A stretch of 64,000 bases of DNA from the NCBI GenBank assembly GCA_028280455.1, contig JANQLT010000157.1, positions 28,215 to 92,214 of the forward strand, in the 5' to 3' direction. Made by a program: the position numbers and the translations under genes. The DNA is from Kiloniellales bacterium. GTDB taxonomy: Bacteria > Pseudomonadota > Alphaproteobacteria > Kiloniellales > JAKSDN01. The notes below the pieces were generated by a model. The model ran no database searches and had not been told where the DNA came from. It saw only the letters and a program-made list of their open reading frames with translations. Each line of letters begins with the position of its first letter. Positions within the stretch are counted from its first letter, which is position 1. This document shows, piece after piece, positions 37,423 to 47,734 of the stretch.

Positions 37423-37596
37423 CGGATAGCTCAGGCAAACGAGCGAAGGCGAGCAGGGAGTGCCAGCCCTTCACACGACGACTCAGCCTACAAACTGACC
37501 GCCGAATATCAACGCCAGATCCGCACGAAGGGGAAGGGTGCGGCGGCCTTTTGCCGCTCGGTCGCTCCGCTTCCCGCTGCGGCCGCGGCCCAGGGG

Positions 37597-39102
37597 CTAG
37601 GAGGCCAGTGACTGCGCCCTGGCCGATTCCGTCGCGCTCGAGCCATGCGGCGACTCGTAGCTGTCGATTATGCCCTTCAGAATCTCGTCCGCGCCGGCCC
37701 AGTCGTAGGTTCGGAAGCTGTTGCCGGCCGTCGTGAACTGTGCGCCGGCGTAGAACATCTCGTATTGAACGTGCCGGCCGGCGAACTCCGAGCCGACGGC
37801 GTCCCACGCAAGCTTGAAGAGCTTCATGCGCTCATAGGCGTCGTCCCCCTCGCGCGCCGAGGCCTGCGTGCTGTTCAGCATCGAGAGCAGCTCGGGGTTT
37901 GCCAAGTCCGCCACCGAGGACGGCAGCATGATCAAGCCGCCGCCGGCCAATTCACGGATCTCATTGATAAACTTCGGGTACAGAGCCTGCGTGTAGACCT
38001 GTGCCGCGTAGAGAAGGTGGCGGTTCGGCACGTAGTATTCGCCGTGGAACCGGCCGGAGGCTTCCATGCCGTAGAGCATGCCCTCGGCGGCGCCGATCTC
38101 GGCAGCCATGCGGCCGAGCTTCTCGCGGACCGGCGGCATGTTGATGGTGCCGATCGTCTCGGTTATCCGCCGGGCGATGGCCAAGAGGAACTTCATCTTG
38201 ACGCAGTAGCGGACCTGCGCCTGGTAGTTCTGGCTCACATGGCCCGGCGTGTCATGGAACTGCGCCCGACAGACGTTGGTGTCTCGGTAGACGAAAATGC
38301 GCTCCCAAGGCACCTTGACGTCGTCGAAGTAGATGATGGCGTCGTTCTCGTCGAAGCGATAGGAAAGCGGGTAGTCCCATTGGCTGAGGGCATGGGCCTC
38401 GTAGCTCTTGCGGGAGATGGTCTTGATCCCCTTGCTGGCCATCGGCAGAGCAAAGGAAATGGCCAGGTCTTCCTCACCCGGCTTCAGGGGTTGCAGGTTT
38501 GCGACGAAAATCTCCTCGGCCATGATCGAGCTGGTACCGAGCATCTTGGCGCCCCGCACGGTGACGCCTTCGGAGTCCTCGTCGACGATGTGCATCGTCA
38601 TATCTTCTTTTTCTTGCTCTCCCCAGGCCTTGGACCTGTCGGCCTGGGGGTTGATGATCACGTAGGTCAGGAAGATGTCGTTGTCGCGGGCGTAGCGGTA
38701 GTAGTCCTCGTAGGCCTTGGCATAGCGCTCTCCGTGCGCCCTGAAGACCTCGAGCCCGGCGATTTGCCCACCGATGGCGCAGGCGAGGTGGTCCGGAGAG
38801 CGCCCCATGAAGCCGCCATGCAGCTCGGCCCAGGCGGTCATCGCCTTGCGCTTCGCAACCAGCTCTTCATAGCTCCTCGGAATCTGCCAGGCGCGGTTGG
38901 CGCGAACGCCGGTGCCCGTGTCGAAGGTCATGAGATCGATGTTCTCGTCTCTCGACTGGAAGTCGTAGAGAGCCGCCGTCGTTCTGCAGCTCTCCCGGAA
39001 GGCTGGATGCTCGGTCACGCGCTTGATGAGCTGGCCGTCAAGAAAGACCTCTCTATCCACGTCCAAAGCCGCCAGATGCGCCTTGCCGTCCTTGATCTTC
39101 AT
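37597..39102 (-). CDS. HpaB-family (4-hydroxyphenylacetate 3-monooxygenase-like) flavin-dependent oxygenase component
   Basis: Start at the ATG at 39102, preceded by AGGAGG. 501 aa with HpaB/4-HBA-CoA dehydratase family resemblance along the whole length. The substrate cannot be inferred. Confidence 0.8.
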   Translation of the reverse strand: MKIKDGKAHLAALDVDREVFLDGQLIKRVTEHPAFRESCRTTAALYDFQSRDENIDLMTFDTGTGVRANRAWQIPRSYEELVAKRKAMTAWAELHGGFMGRSPDHLACAIGGQIAGLEVFRAHGERYAKAYEDYYRYARDNDIFLTYVIINPQADRSKAWGEQEKEDMTMHIVDEDSEGVTVRGAKMLGTSSIMAEEIFVANLQPLKPGEEDLAISFALPMASKGIKTISRKSYEAHALSQWDYPLSYRFDENDAIIYFDDVKVPWERIFVYRDTNVCRAQFHDTPGHVSQNYQAQVRYCVKMKFLLAIARRITETIGTINMPPVREKLGRMAAEIGAAEGMLYGMEASGRFHGEYYVPNRHLLYAAQVYTQALYPKFINEIRELAGGGLIMLPSSVADLANPELLSMLNSTQASAREGDDAYERMKLFKLAWDAVGSEFAGRHVQYEMFYAGAQFTTAGNSFRTYDWAGADEILKGIIDSYESPHGSSATESARAQSLAS

Positions 39103-39145
39103 GGGAGCAGACCTCCTGCGTTCGCTAGAAACTATAGTAAAATAG

Positions 39146-39164
39146 CTTTGCAACGAATGCAAAG
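39146..39164. promoter_or_regulatory. Perfect inverted repeat CTTTGCA-N5-TGCAAAG next to a TATAGT -10-like box
   Basis: Lies in the 70-nt AT-rich gap between the ABC ATPase gene and the oxygenase gene. Candidate MarR-type operator and internal promoter. Confidence 0.35.
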
Positions 39165-39172
39165 AGAATGCA

Positions 39173-39889
<717 letters not shown>

Positions 39890-39890
39890 G

Positions 39891-40652
39891 TCAGTGCTCC
39901 GAGCGCCCGATGTAGGCTTCCCGCACGAGGGGGTCGCGGCGGATCTCGGCCAGAGTCCCTTCGGCGATCTTCCGCCCGAAGTTCAGGACGATGGTGTGAT
40001 CGCACAACTGATCGACGAAGTGCATGTCGTGCTCGATGATCAACAAGGTCAGGCCGGCGTCCGAGAGCTTGAGCAGGACGCGGGAGAGCTCGGCCGCTTC
40101 CTCGGCATTGAGGCCGGCCGCGGGCTCGTCGAGCAGGAGGATGCTCGGTCCCGCCATCAGCGCCCGGGCGATCTCGATCTGCTTGCGTATCCCGTAGGGC
40201 AGGCCGCCGGCTTTCTGGCGGTCGAAGCGCTGCAGATCGATCTCGGCGAGAACCGAGCGGGCCTGCGCGCGGGCCCCGCTGTCACCGAGCCAGCGGATCG
40301 GCGCCAGGTAGGGGCGAATGCCCTTGCAGAGGCTCTGCTCACCGAGGATCACGTTGTCGATGACGTCGAGCTCCGGGACCAGGCGGATGTTCTGGAAGGT
40401 CCGAGCGATGCCTGCCTCGATGCGCTTGCGGGAGGGCAGCTCGTCGATTCGCCGATCCGATGCGGTGACACGGCCCGCATCGACCGGATAGACGCCGGTG
40501 ATCAGGTTGAACACGGTCGTCTTGCCGGCGCCGTTCGGGCCGATGAGGGCAACGCGCTCGCCTTGCGCGACGCTGAAGCTGACGTCGTGAACGACGGACA
40601 AGCCGCCGAAGCTCTTGCAGACACCGGCCAGCTCCAAGGCCGGCGCGCTCAT
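39891..40652 (-). CDS. HAAT ABC transporter ATP-binding protein, LivG-like
   Basis: Start at the ATG at 40652 (MSAPALELAGVCKSFGG). Contains GPNGAGKTT and LLLDEPAAGL. Confidence 0.9.
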   Translation of the reverse strand: MSAPALELAGVCKSFGGLSVVHDVSFSVAQGERVALIGPNGAGKTTVFNLITGVYPVDAGRVTASDRRIDELPSRKRIEAGIARTFQNIRLVPELDVIDNVILGEQSLCKGIRPYLAPIRWLGDSGARAQARSVLAEIDLQRFDRQKAGGLPYGIRKQIEIARALMAGPSILLLDEPAAGLNAEEAAELSRVLLKLSDAGLTLLIIEHDMHFVDQLCDHTIVLNFGRKIAEGTLAEIRRDPLVREAYIGRSEH

Positions 40653-41497
40653 CGGGAACGCCCGACCCATCGCGCGACAAGGCTGCCCGGGCCTGAAGGC
40701 CAAGGCGCCACGATGCCTTCGGGGCGGAAGGCGATGAACGCGATGATCAGCGCGGAGAAGATGACGAATCGCCATTCGCCGCTATCGCGAAGCAGCTCCG
40801 GGAGAAAGGTGTAGATCAAGGCCCCCACGATCGGCCCCCAAACCGACCGCGTGCCCCCGACGACCACGTAGAGGATCGTCGTGATGGAGAGAAACACGGT
40901 GAAGTGCTGCGCCTCGATGAAACTGAAGTAGTGCGCATAGAGGCTGCCGCCGGCCGCGGCCAGGCCCGCGCTGACGACGAAGACGATCAACTGGACGAGC
41001 CGGATGTTGACCCCGAAGAGGTCCGAGACGGCTTCGTCGCGCCTGACCGACGCCAGGACGATGTGCGCCCTCGTCGCGCCGGAGTAGACCATCAGGAGCG
41101 TCACGACCGCCGCGACCAGCGCGGGAAAGAGGATGCCTGAATAGACGGCGACGGGATAGCCGGCCGCGCCGCCGACGAGCTCGATGTTCAGGAACAGCGA
41201 TCGGACGATCTCGTTCAGGGCGAAGGTCGCGAAGGCCAGATAGATGCCGGTTGTCCGCAACACCGGATAGGCGATCAGCGCGGCGGCGACCGCGGCCACG
41301 GCGATGGCCGAGAACAGTCCGAGAATCAGGGGAAAGCCGAGCTCGTTGGTGACGATCGCCGAGGTGTAGGCGCCGATCGCCATGAAACCGGCGATGCCGA
41401 GGTTGATCTGTCCGATGGACAGGGGCAGGTAGGCGGCGTAGCCGAGGACGGCATTGATGCACAGCACGACCAGGATGCCTTCGAGATATCCGGTCAT
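40649..41497 (-). CDS. HAAT ABC transporter permease, LivM-like
   Basis: 282-aa polytopic membrane protein with a 4-nt overlap with the LivG-like gene. Confidence 0.85.
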   Translation of the reverse strand: MTGYLEGILVVLCINAVLGYAAYLPLSIGQINLGIAGFMAIGAYTSAIVTNELGFPLILGLFSAIAVAAVAAALIAYPVLRTTGIYLAFATFALNEIVRSLFLNIELVGGAAGYPVAVYSGILFPALVAAVVTLLMVYSGATRAHIVLASVRRDEAVSDLFGVNIRLVQLIVFVVSAGLAAAGGSLYAHYFSFIEAQHFTVFLSITTILYVVVGGTRSVWGPIVGALIYTFLPELLRDSGEWRFVIFSALIIAFIAFRPEGIVAPWPSGPGSLVARWVGRSR

Positions 41498-41506
41498 GGC
41501 TGCGCG

Positions 41507-42382
41507 TCAAATCCGCTGCGTGCTTTGCAGGGCACCGCCGAGGATCCCGCTCGGTCGGACGACCAGCAGCAAGAGGAGCAGGGCGTAGATCACGATATCG
41601 ACCGTGTCCGCACCGAACAGGCCGATTGTGGTGACTTCCAGGATTCCGATCAGCATGCCGCCGACCACGGCACCCCAGATGCTCCCGACACCGCCGATGA
41701 TCATGGCGGCGATCGCCTTCAGGCCGATCTCCTGTCCCATGAGGGCCGAGACCTGGAGATAGTTGAGAGAGAACAGCAGCCCGCCTAGGGCCGTGAACAG
41801 CCCGACCGCCACGAACATCATCTGGACATGCCGCCTGACATTGATGCCCAGGATGGTCGCAGTCTCGGTGCTCTCCGATATCGCCCTGAGGTTTCGGCCG
41901 ACCGGCGTGTGCTTGAGGAGGTAGGAGAGCCCGAAGACCAGCAGGATCGAGATGGCGAAGCCGCAGAGCTGGCCCAGCCCCACAACGATGTCGCCGAAAC
42001 GGATGTTGAAATCGGGCAAGAGCGCCGGGAAGGCCTGCTGGTCGGAGCCCAGGATATGGATCACCAGGTGCTCGTAGAGAATCAGGAAAGCCAAGGAGCC
42101 GATCAGCGAGATCACCGGGTCCCGGCCGCTCAATCGCTTGTAGAGAACCTGCTCGACGGCCATGGACGCGACGATCCCGACGAGCAAGCCGGCGACCAAG
42201 GCGAGGGGGGCCACCACGCCCACGTTCAGCAGCGCCCAGGCCGTCATCGCCCCCAGCATGAAGAGGGCCGGGATGCTGAAGTTCACGAAGTTGATGATGC
42301 CGATGATCATCGTGAAGGCGATCCCGACGAAGACATAGACCGAGCCCAGCATCAGGCCGTTCACGATCTGTTGGACGTGCAT
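41507..42382 (-). CDS. HAAT ABC transporter permease, LivH-like
   Basis: 291-aa polytopic membrane protein (MHVQQIVNGLMLGSVY...), a typical LivH N-terminus. Confidence 0.85.
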   Translation of the reverse strand: MHVQQIVNGLMLGSVYVFVGIAFTMIIGIINFVNFSIPALFMLGAMTAWALLNVGVVAPLALVAGLLVGIVASMAVEQVLYKRLSGRDPVISLIGSLAFLILYEHLVIHILGSDQQAFPALLPDFNIRFGDIVVGLGQLCGFAISILLVFGLSYLLKHTPVGRNLRAISESTETATILGINVRRHVQMMFVAVGLFTALGGLLFSLNYLQVSALMGQEIGLKAIAAMIIGGVGSIWGAVVGGMLIGILEVTTIGLFGADTVDIVIYALLLLLLVVRPSGILGGALQSTQRI

Positions 42383-42487
42383 CGTTCGACCACCGTCTTG
42401 GAAGCGGGAAGGCCAGGCCTGCCAGGGCCGACAAAAGAAGGCCCAGGCGGAGCGTTCCGTTCCGCCCGGGCAGCTTTGCAGGCTAAC

Positions 42488-43660
42488 TCAGGGATTGTAG
42501 ACGCCGAGCAGCTCCCACTTGCGTCCGACGATCTCCATGACGTAGATCGGCTTCAGGGCGTCGCCGTCGGCATTGAAGGTGACCTCGCCGGCCAAGGTGG
42601 GGAAGTCCTTCAGCTTGGCAAGCTCCGCCTGGATCGCGACGCGCTCCGCGGCGACCTCGGATTGCTTGCCGGTGACATTCGCGCGGCGCATGACCTCGGC
42701 ATAGATCATGGCGATCTGGTAGGCGTTGACGTCGTACATGTTGGGCTCGGTCCGCGCGATCCCGGCGGCCTTGGCCCGCTCGGCGAAGGCCTCCGAGAAG
42801 CTCTTGGTGCTCTCGTCGTAGCCGCCGAAGAAGGTCGCGCCGATCGTCATCCGCTGCCCGGCACCGTCCATGCGCTTCGGTAGATCGGGGTCGGCCGCCG
42901 GCGTGCCCGCGATCAGCCGGACGTCGACCTCCTGCCGCTGCAGCTCCTTGGCGAGCTTCAATGCCGCTTCCGGGGGCGAGCCGAGACCCACGATGTCGAC
43001 ATTCTCGGCCTTGATCTGCGACACCTGCGTGGAGACGTCGAAGGCCTTGTACTGGAAGGTCACGGTCTTCTTCTGCTCGATGCCGTACTGCTCGAACAGC
43101 GGCGGCAGAACCTTGGTGCCGATGGCCTTCGAGACGACGTCATCGGTCGCGTGGGCGATGGCCGCCGTCTTCGCGGGCAGGCCCTTCTCCTTCAGGGCTT
43201 TCATCACCGAGCCGATGATGGCGCCCTCGTTGATGCTGTTCCTGAAACCGTAGGCAAAGGGCTCGGAGAGCTTCGGTGCCGCGGAGGCGATAGCGATCTG
43301 CGGGATCTTGAGCCTCTCGCCGGCCGGAAAGGCGACGCGGCATTCGCTCGAGCTGAACGGCCCGATGACGCCGAGCGCGAAGTCGTCCTTGGCGAAGCGC
43401 GAGACGGCGATGCTCGCCTGTTTCGGGTCGCCGCCCGTGTCGAACTTGATGAGCCTGATCTTCTTGCCGTTGACGCCGCCCGACGCGTTGATCTCCTCGA
43501 CAGCCATGTCGACGGCGATCTCGTTGGTGAGCGTGAGACTGACGAAGGGGCCCGTCTTGGCTATGGAGAAGCCGAGCGTCAGGTCTTCCGCGCTCGCGGG
43601 CGACGTCGACGCCATTGCCGCAAGGACCGTCAGTGCGATGCCGGACACCAGGTGTTTCAT
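42488..43660 (-). CDS. HAAT ABC transporter periplasmic binding protein, LivK-like
   Basis: Start at the ATG at 43660, preceded by GGGAGG. Signal peptide MKHLVSGIALTVLAAMASTSPASA and a type I PBP (Leu/Ile/Val-binding family) sequence. Confidence 0.85.
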   Translation of the reverse strand: MKHLVSGIALTVLAAMASTSPASAEDLTLGFSIAKTGPFVSLTLTNEIAVDMAVEEINASGGVNGKKIRLIKFDTGGDPKQASIAVSRFAKDDFALGVIGPFSSSECRVAFPAGERLKIPQIAIASAAPKLSEPFAYGFRNSINEGAIIGSVMKALKEKGLPAKTAAIAHATDDVVSKAIGTKVLPPLFEQYGIEQKKTVTFQYKAFDVSTQVSQIKAENVDIVGLGSPPEAALKLAKELQRQEVDVRLIAGTPAADPDLPKRMDGAGQRMTIGATFFGGYDESTKSFSEAFAERAKAAGIARTEPNMYDVNAYQIAMIYAEVMRRANVTGKQSEVAAERVAIQAELAKLKDFPTLAGEVTFNADGDALKPIYVMEIVGRKWELLGVYNP

Positions 43661-43719
43661 TCCCGCCTCCCATTGTTGATCGCCGGCCACGCCGCTTGGC
43701 TTCGTGACCAATTTCTTAG

Positions 43720-43732
43720 ATTGTATGATAAT
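43720..43732. promoter_or_regulatory. GntR-type operator copy 2 (ATTGTATGATAAT)
   Basis: Lies 60 nt upstream of the binding-protein start in a strongly AT-rich stretch. One mismatch to the perfect palindrome at 44742. Confidence 0.45.
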
Positions 43733-43849
43733 ATAATAAATCAGACAACGTTTTCCACAAAGCTTTTTTGGCGCAAGCAGACGACTGACTCCATCCCCGC
43801 CTATGCAGTCGAAGCTCGACAGAGGGCCGAGCCGCCTGTTTCAGCCTGC

Positions 43850-44512
43850 CTAGAGGAACTCGTCGAACTTGCTTCGTGCCGATTCGGCCGCCATCTCGAC
43901 GTGGTGGCGGCAGGCCTTGGCCGCCGCGACCGGGTCTCGCCTGGCGATCGCCTCGGCGATCGCGCGCATCTCGACGAGTGAATGCGGACTGCGGTCCGGC
44001 GACGACATGGAGGTCGATCTAAGGATGCTGATCCGAGCCCGCAGGTTGCCCAGCATCTCGGCCACGACATCGTCCCGCGAAGCGCCCAGCAGGACCATGT
44101 AGAAGGAATCGGCATGGCGGACGAGGTTCTTGAGGTCCTTTTTCGCGACGGCCTTTCCAAAGCGATCGACCGCTTCCTGAAGCGCTTCGATCTCCGCCTC
44201 GGAGGCCCGTTCCGCCGCGTGACCGCCGGCAAAAGCCTCGAGTTCCGCCCGAATCGCGTAGATTTGCTCGGCCTGCGCCCGGGTCGGCGTGGCGACGACG
44301 ATGCCGCGGTGCGGCTGCGATTCGATGATTCCCTCGCCCTCGAGGATCCGCATCGCCTCCCGAACGGAGGTTCGGCTGGCGCCGGTCAGCTCGCAGAGCT
44401 CCTTGTCGACGAGTCGCTGACCGAACTCGAAGTGGCCGGATACGATGGCCTCCCTGATCTGATCGACCGCCTGCCGAACCACCGTGTTGCGGGTATCCTT
44501 GAGCCTCGTCAT
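43850..44512 (-). CDS. GntR family (FadR/FCD subfamily) transcriptional regulator
   Basis: Start at the ATG at 44512. wHTH (LVDKELCELTGASRTSVREAMRILEGEGIIES) plus an alpha-helical FCD-like C-terminus. Confidence 0.85.
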   Translation of the reverse strand: MTRLKDTRNTVVRQAVDQIREAIVSGHFEFGQRLVDKELCELTGASRTSVREAMRILEGEGIIESQPHRGIVVATPTRAQAEQIYAIRAELEAFAGGHAAERASEAEIEALQEAVDRFGKAVAKKDLKNLVRHADSFYMVLLGASRDDVVAEMLGNLRARISILRSTSMSSPDRSPHSLVEMRAIAEAIARRDPVAAAKACRHHVEMAAESARSKFDEFL

Positions 44513-44741
44513 CGCATCGTGATCCTCTCGGCGCGCGCCATGGCTATCGCACCGCTTGCCGGTTAGAGAGGCGCGATCGCCCGGGTATTGTGCCAGATTC
44601 GGCCAAGCGACTTGTCGACAGCAGACCATGGAAGGGTGCGAAGAGTCTGCGGTCGAGCGTCATGCCGGCCCTTCGGGCAGTGCCTGGAAAGAAGCTTGTT
44701 GCCAGGCTCATGTCGATGGCATAGAAACTACCGCTGTTCAA

Positions 44742-44754
44742 ATTGTATGACAAT
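44742..44754. promoter_or_regulatory. GntR-type operator copy 3 (ATTGTATGACAAT, perfect arms)
   Basis: ATTGT-ATG-ACAAT, 84 nt upstream of the amidohydrolase start, in the region divergent from the GntR gene. Confidence 0.5.
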
Positions 44755-44837
44755 CATTGATCTGGGGTCATACCGGTTGGCTTTGCGGAGAAGTGCGACG
44801 TTTCGCGTTTCGGCCATTCGAAAGGAACCGTGCCGTC

Positions 44838-46034
44838 ATGAAGACTGCCATCGTCAACCTTGGGACGATCGTCACGGGCGACTGGCGCGCGCCGACGATC
44901 GAGGGCGATACGATCATCATGGAGCAGGGCAAGATCCAATCCGTGGGCACGGCCTCGGCCGATGCCGTTTCCTCCTGCGACGTCGTGATCGACGCGGATG
45001 GCGCAACCGCTGTCCCGGGCTTCATCGATTCACAGATACACAACACCTTCGGTGACTATACGCCGAGGCAGAAGACCGTCGGCTTCCTGGAGAGCTACTT
45101 GCACGGCGGGACTACGACCGCCATCAGTGCCTCGGAGGTCCATGTCACCGGGCGCCCCAAGGACCCGGAGGGCGTAAAGGCCCTCGCGGTCGCGGCGCAG
45201 AGGTGCTTCCAGACCTATCGCCCCGGCGGGATGCGTGTCTGGGCCGGCTCGATCATCTTGGAGCCCGGGCTTGTCGAAGAGGACTTCAAGGAGATCGCCG
45301 ACAAGGGAGTCTGGCTTGCGAAGGCGGGCTTCGGCGCCGTCGGCACCCCCTATGACTACGCGCCCATGGTCGGCTGGGCCAAGAAGCACGGGATGGTGAC
45401 CACGGTGCACACGGGCGGCGCCTCGATCCCGGGCTCGTCCGGCATTTGGGCGGATCATCTCCTGAGGATGCAGCCCGACGTCTCCTTCCACGTCAACGGC
45501 GGTCCGGTCGCCATACCGGACGAGGACTTCGCCACGCTGCTCCATGAGAGCGAGATCGCCCTGCAGGTCTGTACCGCGGGCAATCTACGGACCCTGCTGA
45601 TGCTGGCCGACATGGTGAGAGAGGCCGATCAGTTCGACCGGCTCCTGATCGCCACCGACACGCCGACCGGCTCGGGGATCATGCCGCTCGGCATGATGTA
45701 CACGATCACCCACCTCGCCAGCCTGACGGACATGCCGGTCGAGCATGCCATCGCGGCGGCGACCGGCAACAACGCCCGTGTCTACAATCTCAACGCCGGC
45801 TTCATCGCGGAGGGAAAGGACGCGGACGTCCTGGTTCTGGACGCCTGCGTCGGCGGCACGAAGACGGAAGCGCTGGACGGCCTGACCAACGGCGACATCG
45901 TCGCGGTTTGCGCCGTGGTCACCGACGGCATTCCGAGATTCGTCGGCCGCAGCCGAAACACGCCGGCCGGCAATCGCAAGGTTCGCGTCGCCGAGAGCCG
46001 CATCATGCGGGATTTCAAGACTCCATCGAGCTAG
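44838..46034 (+). CDS. Amidohydrolase superfamily protein, enamidase-like
   Basis: Start at the ATG at 44838 (MKTAIVNLGTIVTGDW). The N-terminal composite-domain pattern (VIDADGATAVPGFIDSQIH) and overall length resemble cyclic-amidase/enamidase relatives. Confidence 0.75.
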   Translation: MKTAIVNLGTIVTGDWRAPTIEGDTIIMEQGKIQSVGTASADAVSSCDVVIDADGATAVPGFIDSQIHNTFGDYTPRQKTVGFLESYLHGGTTTAISASEVHVTGRPKDPEGVKALAVAAQRCFQTYRPGGMRVWAGSIILEPGLVEEDFKEIADKGVWLAKAGFGAVGTPYDYAPMVGWAKKHGMVTTVHTGGASIPGSSGIWADHLLRMQPDVSFHVNGGPVAIPDEDFATLLHESEIALQVCTAGNLRTLLMLADMVREADQFDRLLIATDTPTGSGIMPLGMMYTITHLASLTDMPVEHAIAAATGNNARVYNLNAGFIAEGKDADVLVLDACVGGTKTEALDGLTNGDIVAVCAVVTDGIPRFVGRSRNTPAGNRKVRVAESRIMRDFKTPSS

Positions 46035-46084
46035 CGCGAAGCGACGCCGCTGGAGCCAACGCACGCCGACAGCAAGGAGCGACG

Positions 46085-46684
46085 ATGCCGAAAGCCGTAG
46101 AGGGTTACCGGATCCGGAAATGGTACGGATTCTCCGAAGACGCTCTGGCGAACGAGAGCGGGAACGCGGCCGATGGCGAGCCGGTCCGGAAGGTCGCCGT
46201 CGCGGCCGTCGTTCACAATCCCTATGCCGGCGCCTTCAGCGAGGATCTATCGCTCCTTGTCGATCCGTCGCCCAAGCTCGGCGAGGAGTTCGGCCGCCGC
46301 CTCTTGAATTTGGCCGAAGGCGCCGGCATCGAGAGCTACGGCAAAGCCTGCCTGGTCGGCGTCAATGGAGAATACGAGCATGGCAACGCCTGCCTGACGA
46401 CCGCCTTCGCGAATCCGGTGAGGGAGGCCATCGGTGGCGCGGCGGCTTGGATCCCCTCGACCGGCAAGCGGGGCGGGCCGGGCGCCACGATCGACGTTCC
46501 CTTGGCGCACAAGGACGCGCTCTATGTGCGATCCCACTACGACACCTTCACCTTGTCTTTCGCGGACGCGCCCGGCCCCGACGAGATCCTGGTGATCTTC
46601 GCGGCCGCGACGCGGGGCCGGCTCCACGCCCGTCTCGGCGGGCTCAAGGCCGAGGACGTTCAGGGGAAAGACGGGCTGAGCTAG
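46085..46684 (+). CDS. Amino-acid-synthesis family protein (AA_synth, formerly DUF1185)
   Basis: Start at the ATG at 46085, preceded by AAGGAG. Family-typical blocks: VAVAAVVHNPYAG, YGKACLVGVNGEYEHG, GGPGATIDVPLAHKDA, APGPDEILVIFAAATRGRLHARLGG. Confidence 0.8.
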   Translation: MPKAVEGYRIRKWYGFSEDALANESGNAADGEPVRKVAVAAVVHNPYAGAFSEDLSLLVDPSPKLGEEFGRRLLNLAEGAGIESYGKACLVGVNGEYEHGNACLTTAFANPVREAIGGAAAWIPSTGKRGGPGATIDVPLAHKDALYVRSHYDTFTLSFADAPGPDEILVIFAAATRGRLHARLGGLKAEDVQGKDGLS

Positions 46685-46736
46685 CGATTCGGACTGAGTT
46701 TCTGGTCAGGTCGGAATCTCGGCGCGCAGAAAGGCC

Positions 46737-46760
46737 AAGGGCGCTCGAATGAGCGCCCTT
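46737..46760. terminator. Hairpin between convergent genes (DUF1185 gene / ctrA)
   Basis: AAGGGCGCTC-GAAT-GAGCGCCCTT. The flanking T/A runs are short on both strands. Confidence 0.45.
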
Positions 46761-46801
46761 TGACGTCGGAGGATCGGGGATCGGCGCTGGGGCCGTCTCG
46801 C

Positions 46802-47521
46802 TCAGCCGTTGGCGACCTTCTTCGGGGCCGGGTCGTCGACGGTCTCGACCGGGTCGCGCAGCACGTAGCCGCGGCCCCAGACCGTCTCGATGTAGTTGTC
46901 GCCGCCGGTCGCCGCCGCGAGCTTCTTGCGCAGCTTGCAGACGAAGACGTCGATGATCTTGAGCTCCGGCTCGTCCATGCCGCCGTAGAGATGGTTCAGG
47001 AACATCTCCTTGGTCAGCGTCGTGCCCTTGCGCAGGGAGAGCAGCTCGAGGATGCCGTATTCCTTGCCGGTCAGGTGCAGCGGCTGGCTCTCCACCTCGA
47101 CCGTACGCGTATCGAGGTTAACCTTGAGCTTGCCGGTCTCGATGATCGAGTCCGAGTGGCCCTTGGCGCGGCGGACGATCGCCTGGATCCGGGCGACCAG
47201 CTCACGCCGGTCGAACGGCTTGGTGAGATAGTCGTCGGCGCCGAAGCCGAGGCCCTTGATCTTGTCGTCCAGGCCCGAGAGGCCGGAGAGGATCAGGATC
47301 GGCGTCTTGACCCTTGCGGCCCGCAGGCGGCGCAGGACCTCGTAGCCGTCGATGTCCGGCAGCATGAGATCGAGGACGATGATGTCGTAGTCGTAGAGCT
47401 TGCCGATCTCGAGGCCGTCTTCGCCCATGTCGGTCGTGTCGCAGATGTAACCTTCCGACCGGAGCATCATCTCGATGCTCTGGGACGTGGCCGAATCATC
47501 CTCGACGAGTAGTACACGCAT
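46802..47521 (-). CDS. ctrA: Cell-cycle response regulator CtrA
   Basis: OmpR-type regulator with the highly conserved CtrA sequence ([67 protein letters not shown]). Confidence 0.9.
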   Translation of the reverse strand: MRVLLVEDDSATSQSIEMMLRSEGYICDTTDMGEDGLEIGKLYDYDIIVLDLMLPDIDGYEVLRRLRAARVKTPILILSGLSGLDDKIKGLGFGADDYLTKPFDRRELVARIQAIVRRAKGHSDSIIETGKLKVNLDTRTVEVESQPLHLTGKEYGILELLSLRKGTTLTKEMFLNHLYGGMDEPELKIIDVFVCKLRKKLAAATGGDNYIETVWGRGYVLRDPVETVDDPAPKKVANG

Positions 47522-47584
47522 TGAGAAACCCCCAGGTCCTTCTTCGATTCTTCCTCAACGGTTAACCATTTTGGTCCGTGATTG

Positions 47585-47599
47585 TTAATAATCCCTTAG
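47585..47599. promoter_or_regulatory. CtrA-box-like sequence TTAA-N7-TTAG in the ctrA / fliI divergent region
   Basis: TTAATAATCCCTTAG has one mismatch to TTAA-N7-TTAA and lies about 64 nt upstream of the ctrA start. Confidence 0.3.
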
Positions 47600-47734
47600 C
47601 GCCGCCACAAAACTGTCCTAGGCCCTTGCCGTTTTACCGAAGCTTAAGCCTGTCACCAGATACTGGCCGAGCTTCGACGCGCCCAGATAATGACAATGAA
47701 TCGCATACGATTCAACTGCTTATAAGGCGTTCTT

